From assembly GCA_965655095.1 (NCBI GenBank), contig OZ296648.1:4092001-4156000 (forward strand): a stretch of DNA of 64,000 bases. Direction: 5' to 3'. Shown one piece after another: positions 12,601 through 25,400 of this stretch. Source of the stretch: Haplodiscus bocki. Taxonomy: Eukaryota. Within the stretch, counting starts at the first letter, position 1. The number at the start of each line of letters is the position of its first letter. The notes under the pieces were generated by a model, which saw nothing but the letters and a program-made list of their open reading frames with translations, made no database searches and was not told the origin of the DNA. The translations under genes and the position numbers were made by a program.

Positions 12601-15600
12601 TCATTTTTGTCGGAGAATTTTTCAGGGAGCCATTTGGGAGAGCTTGGGGATTACGAAAGTCGATCTAAAAGTTTTATGTTACCTTCACTTAAGAAAAAAT
12701 AATTTTTTAGTAGTTTCACTTTGGTATCTGATGGGCTGAAAAAAGTTTTAGAAGTCTAACATTCCCAGAAATGAACAAATTGATAGAGGAACGGTCCTTT
12801 GCAACTGTTAGTTTGATTTTCAAGCGTTTAGAGGTTTTCCAGTGAGTTTTGGACTCTGTTCAAACTTTTATTTTGAATTCAAACCTTGAGCTCATCTCAA
12901 AAAACTGGCTGATTTTGAATTTTTGTAATGTTTTCTTTTTCGAAACTGTGAATACTGTGACTCCGTTCTTGAACCGACTTCTCTATTGTCTGACCAAAAC
13001 CAAACGATGCGCCTCCCACGCTTGTGGGATTTTCGGTGATTATCTTTATTGTTTTTACCATCGCCTGAACAAGGAAACGCTCTGTGTTTACATCCTTTGT
13101 TAAGTTCAAAACGGAGCGTGGCAGCTGATGACTCAGAAGAAGCTGTTCTTGCTCAAGCAAGAAGAAAAGATTACTTTCCAGCCTCTGCTCGAGTTCTCCG
13201 TGTGCTCTGCTTGTTTTTGAGTTTTTTAAGGGAAGATTACGGATGTATGTTTTTTTCTGACAGATTTGCGAGTTCTCAAAATTGATTTATGTTTCCCAAG
13301 TGTTGAGCGAGCCTAATGTTTGTTGCAAGATAACAGAAACATCTGTTTTAAGCAAAGTGACGTTTATACGATTGTCCGAGAACACTGATTTTTTTTCAGA
13401 GGGAAAAAGACTGGCAATTTTGACTATATTTCACAAAATTTGAAACGGCTCGGCATGGCGGCTGACCTTTCAACAGAGCTCGAATTTGTAGAAACCCAAA
13501 AAGGTGTTTCCGAGACTATCATAAGTTCTGTGAGTCTTGTGCTTTGTGGATGGGAGTTTTTGTAGAATTTGTCATGAAAAGATGTTTTTGCTGTTATACC
13601 GTCTCTGCAACTTTATATATTTCGAACTCATTTTTTTCATTGAGCCTCTTTTCCAGGTTTTCCAGTGACTTCTGTGTTTTTTTGGAGAATTTTTGTGTCA
13701 TTTAAAACCTTGAATTCATCTCAAAAAACTAGCTGTTTTCGGAAGTTTTCAGAGTTTTCCCTATCCGAACCTTTAAAATCATCTTGTGACTACGATCATC
13801 CAAAGCCTTCACTAGTTTCTGACCATGACGAGTTGAGGCAGTTCCAACCGTTGTGAGGTTTTCAGTAGTTTTTAAGATCCTTTCAATTTTCTCCACGTTT
13901 GCCTGAACAAAGAAAACTGCTCTGTTTACTTCTATAGTAAAGATGAAATTGGTATGGAATAACACCTGACGAGATAACGGAGCCTATTTGTGCTCTTGCA
14001 GTAAGAAAAGAGTACTTTCGCTTTTTTTGTTTGAGTGTTTTGGATTTTCTTTTGTTTTTGGCTATTTTTTGAAGGAAAGCTGGGAGAGGTATGTTTTTTT
14101 TCGGAATTTTGTGACAGCTTAGCTACTTTTCAAAATTGAGAAATCTCTTTAAACTTTTCAACGAGCTTCATCTTGCCTGCAGAAATATAGGGACAGCTGT
14201 TCAAAATCAGAGCAAGTTGCCTGCGCAGGTTCAAGAAAAGTTTACTTTCAGCGGTGAGAGATATGGAATTTGCGACTTCCCAACTATACTTCGCAAACCT
14301 GTAAACGGCTTGGCATAGCTGGTGGCCTCTCAACAGAGCTCGAAATTGTAGAAACTCAAAAAAGTGTTTTCGAGACTATGATAGGTTCTGTGAGTCTTGT
14401 GCTTTTTGATGGGAGTTTTTGTAGAATTTGTCATGAAATTATGTTTTTCCTGTTATACCATCTCTGCAACTTTATATATTTCGAACTGATTTTTTTCATT
14501 GAGGCTCTTTTCTGTTAGAGAAAGTTTCAGAAAGCAATTTTGATGAGCTTGAGTTGTACAAAAGACGATAGTAGGTTGTTTTAGTTTCCTTCACCCAAAA
14601 GAAATAGAATGATTGGTACTTTTACCGTGGTATCTGATGGGCTGGAAAAAAATTATAGAACTCTCTAAGTTCACGAAAAGAGACGAAAATGGTATAGAAA
14701 CGGTCCCTTGCAACTGTTGGTTTGATTTCCAAGACTTTTGGGGTTTTTCGGGTGACTTTTTGGTAACTTTAAGAGTTTTATTGTCAATGCAAACCTTGAT
14801 CATTTTCGAAAAACTGGCTGTTTTCGGAAGTTTTCAGAGTTTTCCCTATCCGAAACTTTAAAATCATGTGACTCCGATCATCCGAAACCTTCAGTAGTTT
14901 CTGACCAAGACGAATTGAGGCAGTTCCAACCGTTGTGAGGTTTTCAATACTTTTCAAGGTCATTTCATTTTTATTTACCTTTGCCTAAATAAGGGAAACT
15001 GCTCCGTTTACTTCTATGGTAAAGATCAAATTGGTATGGAATAATAGCTGACGAGATAGTTTGTGCTCTTGCAGTTAGAAAAGAGTACTTCGGTATTTTT
15101 GCTGGAGTGTTTTGGATGTTCTTCTGGTTTTGGCAATTTTTTGAAGGAAAGCTTGGAGAGGTATGTTTTTTTTCTGAATTTTGTGACACCTTTGCTACTT
15201 TTCAAAATTGAAAAATCTCTTACATTTTTTACCAAAACGAGCTTCATTTTGGCTGCAGAAATAGAGGGAAAGCGGTTCAAACTCGGAGCAAGTTGCATAC
15301 ACATGTTCAAGTAAACTCTACTTTGAGCGGCGCGAGAAATGGGATGTGCGACTTCCGAACTATATTTCGCAAACCACTAAACGGCTTGGCATAGCTGCTG
15401 ACTTCTCAATAGAGCTCGAAAATGAGAAACACAGAAGAGCCGTTTCGAGTCTACGATAGCTCTTGCGAGTCTTGTGCTTCCTTGTAGGGAGTTTTCGGGA
15501 ATTTGTCAAGAAAACCTTTTCCTGTTACATCATATCTGCAGACCTATATCTTTTCATCTCAGTATTTTTTAAGCTTCATTTTTGTCGGAGAATTTTTCAG

Positions 15601-18600
15601 GGAGCCATTTGGGAGAGCTTGGGGATTACGAAAGTCGATCTAAAAGTTTTATGTTACCTTCACTTAAGAAAAAATAGTTTTTAGTAGTTTCACTTTGGTA
15701 TATGATGGGCTGAAAAAAGTTTTAGAAGTCTAACATTCCCAGAAATGAACAAATTGATAGAGAAACGGTCCTCTGCCACTGTTAGTTTGATTTTCAAGCG
15801 TTTAGAGGTTTTCCAGTGAGTTTTGGATTCTGTTCAAACTTTTATTTTGAATTCAAACCTTGAGCTCATCTCAAAAAACTGGCTGTTTTTGAATTTTTGT
15901 AATGTTTTCTTTTTCGAAACTGTGAATACTGTGACTCCGTTCTTGAACCGACTTCTCTATTGTCTGACCAAAACCAAACGATGCGCCTCCCACGCTTGTG
16001 GGTTTTTCGGTGATTATCTTTATTGTTTTTACCATCGCCTGAACAAGGAAACGCTCTGTGTTTACATCCTTTGTTAAGTTCAAAACGGAGCGTGACAGCT
16101 GAGGATTCAGAAGAACATGTTCTTGCTCAAGCAATAAGAAAAGATTACTTTCCAGCCTCTGCTCGAGTTCTCCGGGTGCTCTGCTTGTTTTTTTAAGAGT
16201 TTGTTAAGGGAAGATTACGGATGTATGTTTTTTTCTGACAGATTTGCGAGTTCTCAAAATTGATTTATGTTTCCCAAGTGTTGAGCGAGCCTAATGTTTG
16301 TTGCAAGATAACAGAAACATCTGTTTTAAGCAAAGTGACGTTTATACGATTGTCCGAGAACACTGATTTTTTTTCAGAGGGAAAAAGACTGGCAATTTTG
16401 ACTATATTTCACAAAATTTGAAACGGCTCGGCATGGCGGCTGACCTTTCAACAGAGCTCGAATTTGTAGAAACCCAAAAAGGTGTTTCCGAGACTATCAT
16501 AAGTTCTGTGAGTCTTGTGCTTTGTGGATGGGAGTTTTTGTAGAATTTGTCATGAAAAGATGTTTTTGCTGTTATACCGTCTCTGCAACTTTATATATTT
16601 CGAACTCATTTTTTTCATTGAGCCTCTTTTCCAGGTTTTCCAGTGACTTCTGTGTTTTTTTGGAGAATTTTTGTGTCATTTAAAACCTTGAATTCATCTC
16701 AAAAAACTAGCTGTTTTCGGAAGTTTTCAGAGTTTTCCCTATCCGAACCTTTAAAATCATCTTGTGACTACGATCATCCAAAGCCTTCACTAGTTTCTGA
16801 CCATGACGAGTCGAGGCAGTTCCAACCGTTGTGAGGTTTTCAGTAGTTTTTAAGATCCTTTCAATTTTCTCCACGTTTGCCTGAACAAAGAAAACTGCTC
16901 TGTTTACTTCTATAGTAAAGATGAAATTGGTATGGAATAACACCTGACGAGATAACGGAGCCTATTTGTGCTCTTGCAGTAAGAAAAGAGTACTTTCGCT
17001 TTTTTTGTTTGAGTGTTTTGGATTTTCTTTTGTTTTTGGCTATTTTTTGAAGGAAAGCTGGGAGAGGTATGTTTTTTTCGGAATTTTGTGACAGCTTAGC
17101 TACTTTTCAAAATTGAGAAATCTCTTTAAACTTTTCAACGAGCTTCATCTTGCCTGCAGAAATAGAGGGACAGCGGTTCAAAATCAGAGCAAGTTGCCTG
17201 CGCAGGTTCAAGAAAAGTTTACTTTCAGCGGTGAGAGCAATGGAATTTGCGACTTCCCAACTATACTTCGCAAACCTGTAAACGGCTTGGCATAGCTGGT
17301 GGCCTCTCAACAGAGCTCGAAATTGTAGAAACTCAAAAAAGTGTTTTCGAGACTATGATAAGTTCTGTGAGTCTTGTGCTTTTTGATGGGAGTTTTTGTA
17401 GAATTTGTCATGAAATTATGTTTTTCCTGTTATACCATCTCTGCAACTTTATATATTTCGAACTGATTTTTTTCATTGAGCCTCTTTTCTGTTAGAGAAA
17501 GTTTCAGAAAGCAATTTTGATGAGCTTGAGTTGTACAAAAGACGATAGTAGGTTGTTTTAGTTTCCTTCACCCAAAAAAAAATAGAATGATTGGTACTTT
17601 TACCGTGGTATCTGATGGGCTGGAAAAAAATTATAGAACTCTCTAAGTTCACGAAAAGAGACGAAAATGGTATAGAAACGGTCCCTTGCAACTGTTGATT
17701 TGATTTCCAAGACTTTTGGGGGTTTTCGAGTGACTTTTTGGTAACTTTAAGAGTTTTATTGTCAATGCAAACCTTGATCATTTTCAAAAAACTGGCTGTT
17801 TTCGGAAGTTTTCAGAGTTTTCCCTATCCGAAACTTTAAAATCATGTGACTCCGATCATCCGAAACCTTCAGTAGTTTCTGACCAAGACGAATTGAGGCA
17901 GTTCCAACCGTTGTGAGGTTTTCAATACTTTTCAAGGTCATTTCAATTTTATTTACCTTTGCCTAAATGAGGGAAACTGCTCCGTTTACTTCTATGGTAA
18001 AGATCAAATTGGTATGGAATAATAGCTGACGAGATAGTTTGTGCTCTTGCAGTTAGAAAAGAGTACTTCGGTCTTTTTGCTGGAGTGTTTTGGATGTTCT
18101 TCTGGTTTTGGCAATTTTTTGAAGGAAAGCTTGGAGAGGTATGTTTTTTTTCTGAATTTTGTGACACCTTTGCTACTTTTCAAAATTGAAAAATCTCTTA
18201 CATTTTTTACCAAAACGAGCTTCATTTTGGCTGCAGGAATAGAGGGAAAGCGGTTCAAACTCGGAGCAGTTTGCATACGCATGTTCAAGTAAACTCTACT
18301 TTCAGCGGCGCGAGAAATGGGATCTGCGACTTCCGAACTATATTTCGCAAACCACTAAACGGCTTGGCATAGCTGCTGACTTCTCAATAGAGCTCGAAAA
18401 TGAGAAACACAGAAGAGCCGTTTCGAGTCTACGATAGCTCTTGCGAGTCTTGTGCTTCCTTGTAGGGAGTTTTCGGGAATTTGTCAAGAAAACCTTTTCC
18501 TGTTACATCATATCTGCAGACCTATATCTTTTCATCTCAGTATTTTTTAAGCTTCATTTTTGTCGGAGAATTTTTCAGGGAGCCATTTGGGAGAGCTTGG

Positions 18601-19429
18601 GGATTACGAAAGTCGATCTAAAAGTTTTATGTTACCTTCACTTATGAAAAAATAATTTTTAGTAGTTTCACTTTGGTATCTGATGGGCTGAAAAAAGTTT
18701 TAGAAGTCTAACATTCCCAGAAATGAACAAATTGATAGAGAAACGGTCCTCTGCAACTGTTAGTTTGATTTTGAAGCGTTTAGAGGTTTTCCAGTGAGTT
18801 TTGGACTCTGTTCAAACTTTTATTTTGAATTCAAACCTTGAGCTCATCTCAAAAAACTGGCTGTTTTTGAATTTTTGTAATGTTTTCTTTTTCGAAACTG
18901 TGAATACTGTGACTCCGTTCTTGAACCAACTTCTCTATTGTCTGACCAAAACCAAACGATGCGCCTCCCACGCTTGTGGGATTTTTGGTGATTATCTTTA
19001 TTGTTTTTACCATCGCCTGAACAAGGTAACGCTCTGTGTTTACATCGTTTGTTAAGTTCAAAACGGAGCGTGACAACTGAGGATTCAGAAGAACATGGTC
19101 TTGCTCAAGCAATAAGAAAAGATTACTTTCCAGCCTCTGCTCGAGTTCTCCGGGTGCTCTGCTTGTTTTTTTAAGAGTTTGTTAAGGGAAGATTACGGAT
19201 GTATGTTTTTTTCTGACAGATTTGCGAGTTCTCAAAATTGATTTATGTTTCCCAAGTGTTGAGCGAGCCTAATGTTTGTTGCAAGATAACAGAAACATCT
19301 GTTTTAAGCAAAGTGACGTTTATACGATTGTCCGAGAACACTTATTTTTTCAGAGGGAAAAAGAATGGCAATTTTGACTATATTCCACAAAATATGAAAC
19401 GGCTCGGCATGGCGGCTGACCTTTCAACA
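6698..19429. repeat. HOR domain 2: mix of C-A-B (~2977 bp) and C-B (~1900 bp) units
   Basis: C monomers (859-860 bp) at 6698, 9674, 11577, 13476, 16454; spacings 2976, 1903, 1899, 2978, then 2976 to the next C at 19430. Confidence 0.93.
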
Positions 19430-22400
19430 GAGCTCGAATTTGTAGAAACCCAAAAAGGTGTTTCCGAGACTATCATAAGTTCTGTGAGTCTTGTGCTTTG
19501 TGAATGCGAGTTTTTGTAGAATTTGTCATGAAAAGATGTTTTTGCTGTTATACCGTCTCTGCAACTTTATATATTTCGAACTCATTTTTTTCATTGAGCC
19601 TCCTTTCCAGGTTTTCCAGTGACTTCTGTGTTTTTTTGGAGAATTTTTGTGTCATTTAAAACCTTGAATTCATCTCAAAAAACTAGCTGTTTTCGGAAGT
19701 TTTCAGAGTTTTCCCTATCCGAACGTTTAAAATCATCTTGTGACTACGATCATCCAAAGCCTTCACTAGTTTCTGACCATGACGAGTCGAGGCAGTTCCA
19801 ACCGTTGTGAGGTTTTCAGTAGTTTTTAAGATCCTTTCAATTTTCTCCACGTTTGCCTGAACAAAGAAAACTGCTCTGTTTACTTCTTTAGTAAAGATGA
19901 AATTGGTATGGAATAACACCTGACGAGATAACGGAGCCTATTTGTGCTCTTGCAGTAAGAAAAGAGTACTTTCGCTTTTTTTGTTTGAGTGTTTTGGATT
20001 TTCTTTTGTTTTTGGCTATTTTTTGAAGGAAAGCTGGGAGAGGTATGTTTTTTTTCGGAATTTTGTGACAGCTTAGCTACTTTTCAAAATTGAGAAATCT
20101 CTTTAAACTTTTTAACGAGCTTCATCTTGCCTGCAGAAATAGAGGGACAGCGGTTCAAAATCAGAGCAAGTTGCCTGCGCAGGTTCAAGAAAAGTTTACT
20201 TTCAGCGGTGAGAGCAATGGAATTTGCGACTTCCCAACTATACTTCGCAAACCTGTAAACGGCTTGGCATAGCTGGTGGCCTCTCAACAGAGCTCGAATT
20301 TGGGAAACACAAAAGAGCTGTCTCGGGTGTATGACAGCTCTTGCGGGTCTTGTGCTTCCTTGTAGAGAGTTTTCGGGAAAACATGTTCTTCCTGTTACAT
20401 CTCTGCAGACCTATATCTTTCCATCTCAGTATTTTATTAAGCTTCATATTCGTCGCAGATGGTTTCAGTGAGCCTTTTGAATGGCCTTGGGGATTACGAA
20501 AGACCATCAAAGAGTTTTAAGCTACCTTCATTTGAGAAAAAAATCCTTTTTGGTAGTTTTACTTTGGTATCTGATGGGCTGAAAAAAGTTGTAGAAGTCT
20601 TACATTCGCAGAAATGAACGAAATGGTAGAGAAACCGTCTTTTGCAACTGTTAGTTTGATTTGCAAAACATTCGGAGGTTTTCCGGTGACTTTTGGGTTC
20701 TTTTCAAAAGTTTTTTTTTCAAATCAAACCATGAGTTCATCTCAAAAAACTGGACATTTTTGATGTTTTGTATAGTTTTCTTTTTCGACACTATGAATAC
20801 TGTGGGTACGTTCTTGAACAGACTTCTCTATTGTCCGAAGAAAACCGAACGATGCGCCTCCCACCGTTGTGGGGTTTTCAAGGATCATCTTTATTGTTTT
20901 TACCAACGCCTGAACAATGAAACGTGTTGTGTTTACATCCTTTGTTAAGTTCAAAAAGGAGCGTGGCAGCTGATGACTCAGAAGAAGCTGTTCTTGCTCA
21001 AGCAAGAAGAAAAGAATACTTTGCAACTTTTGCTGGAGTTTTCTGGGTGCTCTGCTTGTGTTCGGGAGTTTTTTAAGGAAAGATTACGGATGTATGTTTT
21101 TTTCTGAATTTTGTTCACATTTTTGCCAATTCTCAAAAATGAATAATCTTTCCCAAGTTCTCATGGAGCCTAATGTTTGTTGCAGGACAACAGAAACATC
21201 TGCTGTGGGCAAAGTGACGTATATACGATTGCCCGAGAACACTTATTTTTTCAGAGGGAAAAAGAATGGCAATTGTGTTTTTCTAACTATACTTCACAAA
21301 ATATGAAACGGCTTGGCATGGTGGCTGACCTTTCAACAGAGCTCGAATTTGTAGAAACCCAAAAAGGTGTTTCCGAGACTATGATAAGTTCTGTGAGTCT
21401 TGTGCTTTGTGGATGGGAGTTTTTGTAGAATTTGTCATGAAAAGATGTTTTTGCTGTTATACCGTCTCTGCAACTTTATATATTTCGAACTCATTTTTTT
21501 CATTGAGCCTCCTTTCCAGGTTTTCCAGTGACTTCTGTGTTTTTTTGGAGAATTTTTGTGTCATTTAAAACCTTGAATTCATCTCAAACAACTAGCTGTT
21601 TTCGGAATTTTGAAGAGTTTTCTTTTCGAAACAGTTCATATTGTGACTCCGGTCATGAACAGGGTTAACTTTTGTGTGTCGGGCCGAGACGATGAGCCTC
21701 CCACTGTTTCGAGGTATTAGAGACTTTCCAAGATCGTGTGAATACTATTTACATTTGCCTGAGCAATGGAAACTGCTATTTGTACTTCTTTTTGGGCAAC
21801 TTGAGAGGAATTAATTCTTTGTTGGCAGCTGAGCTCCCAACAAAGCATAGTTGTGCATAAACATGTTGGAAAGTTGACTTCGAGCTCCTGTTGAGTTTTG
21901 TGGTAATCTGGGTTCTTCTAAAACCCAAAAAGGTGTTTTCGCGACTTTGATTAATTCTGTGAGTCTTGTGCTTTTTCGATGGGAGTTTTTGTAGAATTTG
22001 TCATGGAAAGATGTTTTTCCTGTTACACCATCTCTGCAACGGTATATATTTCATTGAGCTCATTTTTTCATTGAGCCTCTTTTTGTTGTCAGAGAAAGTT
22101 TCAGAAAGCCATTTTGATGAGCTTGAGTAAGACAAAAGTCGATTTCAGGTTGTTTTAGTTTCATTCACTCAAGAAAAAACTAGAATGATTGGTGCTTTTA
22201 CCGTGGTATCTGATGGGCTGGATAAAAATTATAGAACTCTCTAAGTTGACGAAAAGAGACGAAAATGGTATAGAAACGGTCCCTTGCAACTGTTGGTTTG
22301 ATTTCCAAGACTTTTGGGGGTTTTCGAGTGACTTTTTGGTAACTTTAAGAGTTTTATTGTCAATGCTAACCTTGATCATTTTCAGAAAACTGGCTGTTTT

Positions 22401-25400
22401 CGGAAGTTTTCAGAGTTTTCCCTATCCGAAACTTTAAAATCATGTGACTCCAATCATCCGAAACCTTCAGTAGTTTCTGACCATGACGAGTCGAGGCAGT
22501 TCCAACCGTTGTGAGGTTTTCAGTAGTTTTTAAGATCCTTTCAATTTTCTCCACGTTTGCCTGAACAAAGAAAACCGCTCTGTTTACTTCTATAGTAAAG
22601 ATGAAATTGGTATGGAATAACACCTGACGAGATAACGGAGCCTATTTGTGCTCTTGCAGTAAGAAAAGAGTACTTTCGCTTTTTTTGTTTGAGTGTTTTG
22701 GATTTTCTTTTGTTTTTGGCTATTTTTTGAAGGAAAGCTGGGAGAGGTATGTTTTTTTTCGGAATTTTGTGACAGCTTAGCTACTTTTCAAAATTGAGAA
22801 ATCTCTTTAAACTTTTCAACGAGCTTCATCTTGCCTGCAGAAATAGAGGGACAGCGGTTCAAAATCAGAGCAAGTTGCCTGCGCAGGTTCAAGAAAAGTT
22901 TACTTTCAGCGGTGAGAGCAATGGAATTTGCGACTTCCCAACTATACTTCGCAAACCTGTAAACGGCTTGGCATAGCTGGTGGCCTCTCAACAGAGCTCG
23001 AATTTGGGAAACACAAAAGAGCTGTCTCGGGTGTATGACAGCTCTTGCGGGTCTTGTGCTTCCTTGTAGAGAGTTTTCGGGAAAACATGTTCTTCCTGTT
23101 ACATCTCTGCAGACCTATATCTTTCCATCTCAGTATTTTATTATGCTTCATATTCGTCGCAGATGGTTTCAGTGAGCCTTTTGAATGACCTTGGGGATTA
23201 CGAAAGACCATCAAAGAGTTTTAAGCTACCTTCACTTGAGAAAAAAATCCTTTTTGGTAGTTTAACTTTGGTATCTGATGGGCTGAAAAAAGTTGTAGAA
23301 GTCTTACATTCGCAGAAATGAACGAAATGGTAGAGAAACCGTCTTTTGCAACTGTTAGTTTGATTTGCAAAACATTCGGAGGTTTTCCGGTGACTTTTGG
23401 GTTCTTTTCAAAAGTTTTTTTTTCAAATCAAACCATGAGTTCATCTCAAAAAACTGGACATTTTTGATGTTTTGTATAGTTTTCTTTTTCGACACTATGA
23501 ATACTGTGGGTACGTTCTTGAACAGACTTCTCTATTGTCCGAAGAAAACCGAACGATGCGCCTCCCACCGTTGTGGGGTTTTCAAGGATCATCTTTATTG
23601 TTTTTACCAACGCCTGAACAATGAAACGTGTTGTGTTTACATCCTTTGTTAAGTTCAAAAAGGAGCGTGGCAGCTGATGACTCAGAAGAAGCTGTTCTTG
23701 CTCAAGCAAGAAGAAAAGAATACTTTGCAACTTTTGCTGGAGTTTTCTGGGTGCTCTGCTTGTGTTCGGGAGTTTTTTAAGGAAAGATTACGGATGTATG
23801 TTTTTTTCTGAATTTTGTTCACATTTTTGCCAATTCTCAAAATTGAATAATCTTTCCCAAGTTCTCATGGAGCCTAATGTTTGTTGCAGGACAACAGAAA
23901 CATCTGCTGTGGGCAAAGTGACGTATATACGATTGCCCGAGAACACTTATTTTTTCAGAGGGAAAAAGAATGGCAATTGTGTTTTTCTAACTATACTTCA
24001 CAAAATATGAAACGGCTTGGCATGGTGGCTGACCTTTCAACAGAGCTCGAAATTGTAGAAACTCAAAAAAGTGTTTTCGAGACTATGATAAGTTCTGTGA
24101 GTCTTGTGCTTTTTGATGGGAGTTTTTGTAGAATTTGTCATGAAATTATGTTTTTCCTGTTATACCATCTCTGCAACTTTATATATTTCGAACTGATTTT
24201 TTTCATTGAGCCTCTCTCTGGTAGAGAAAGTTTCAGAAAGCAATTTTGATGAGCTTGAGTTGTACAAAAGGCGATAGTAGGTTGTTTTAGTTTCCTTCAC
24301 CCAAAAAAAATAGAATGATTGGTACTTTTACCGTGGTATCTGATGGGCTGGAAAAAACGTATAGAACTCTCTAAGTTCACGAAAAGAGACGAAAATGGTA
24401 TAGAAACGGTCCCTTGCAACTGTTGGTTTGATTTCCAAGACTTTTGGGGTTTTTCGGGTGACTTTTTGGTAACTTTAAGAGTTTTATTGTCAATGCAAAC
24501 CTTGATCATTTTCGAAAAACTGGCTGTTTTCGGAAGTTTTCAGAGTTTTCCCTATCCGAAACTTTAAAATCATGTGACTCCGATCATCCGAAACCTTCAG
24601 TAGTTTCTGACCAAGACGAATTGAGGCAGTTCCAACCGTTGTGAGGTTTTCAATACTTTTCAAGGTCATTTCAATTTTATTTACCTTTGCCTAAATAAGG
24701 GAAACTGCTCCGTTTACTTCTATGGTAAAGATCAAATTGGTATGGAATAATAGCTGACGAGATAGTTTGTGCTCTTGCAGTTAGAAAAGAGTACTTCGGT
24801 CTTTTTGCTGGAGTGTTTTGGATGTTCTTCTGGTTTTGGCAATTTTTTGAAGGAAAGCTTGGAGAGGTATGTTTTTTTTCTGAATTTTGTGACACCTTTG
24901 CTACTTTTCAAAATTGAAAAATCTCTTACATTTTTTACCAAAACGAGCTTCATTTTGGCTGCAGGAATAGAGGGAAAGCGGTTCAAACTCGGAGCAGTTT
25001 GCATACGCATGTTCAAGTAAACTCTACTTTCAGCGGCGCGAGAAATGGGATCTGCGACTTCCGAACTATATTTCGCAAACCACTAAACGGCTTGGCATAG
25101 CTGCTGACTTCTCAATAGAGCTCGAAAATGAGAAACACAGAAGAGCCGTTTCGAGTCTACGATAGCTCTTGCGAGTCTTGTGCTTCCTTGTAGGGAGTTT
25201 TCGGGAATTTGTCAAGAAAACCTTTTCCTGTTACATCATATCTGCAGACCTATATCTTTTCATCTCAGTATTTTTTAAGCTTCATTTTTGTCGGAGAATT
25301 TTTCAGGGAGCCATTTGGGAGAGCTTGGGGATTACGAAAGTCGATCTAAAAGTTTTATGTTACCTTCACTTATGAAAAAATAATTTTTAGTAGTTTCACT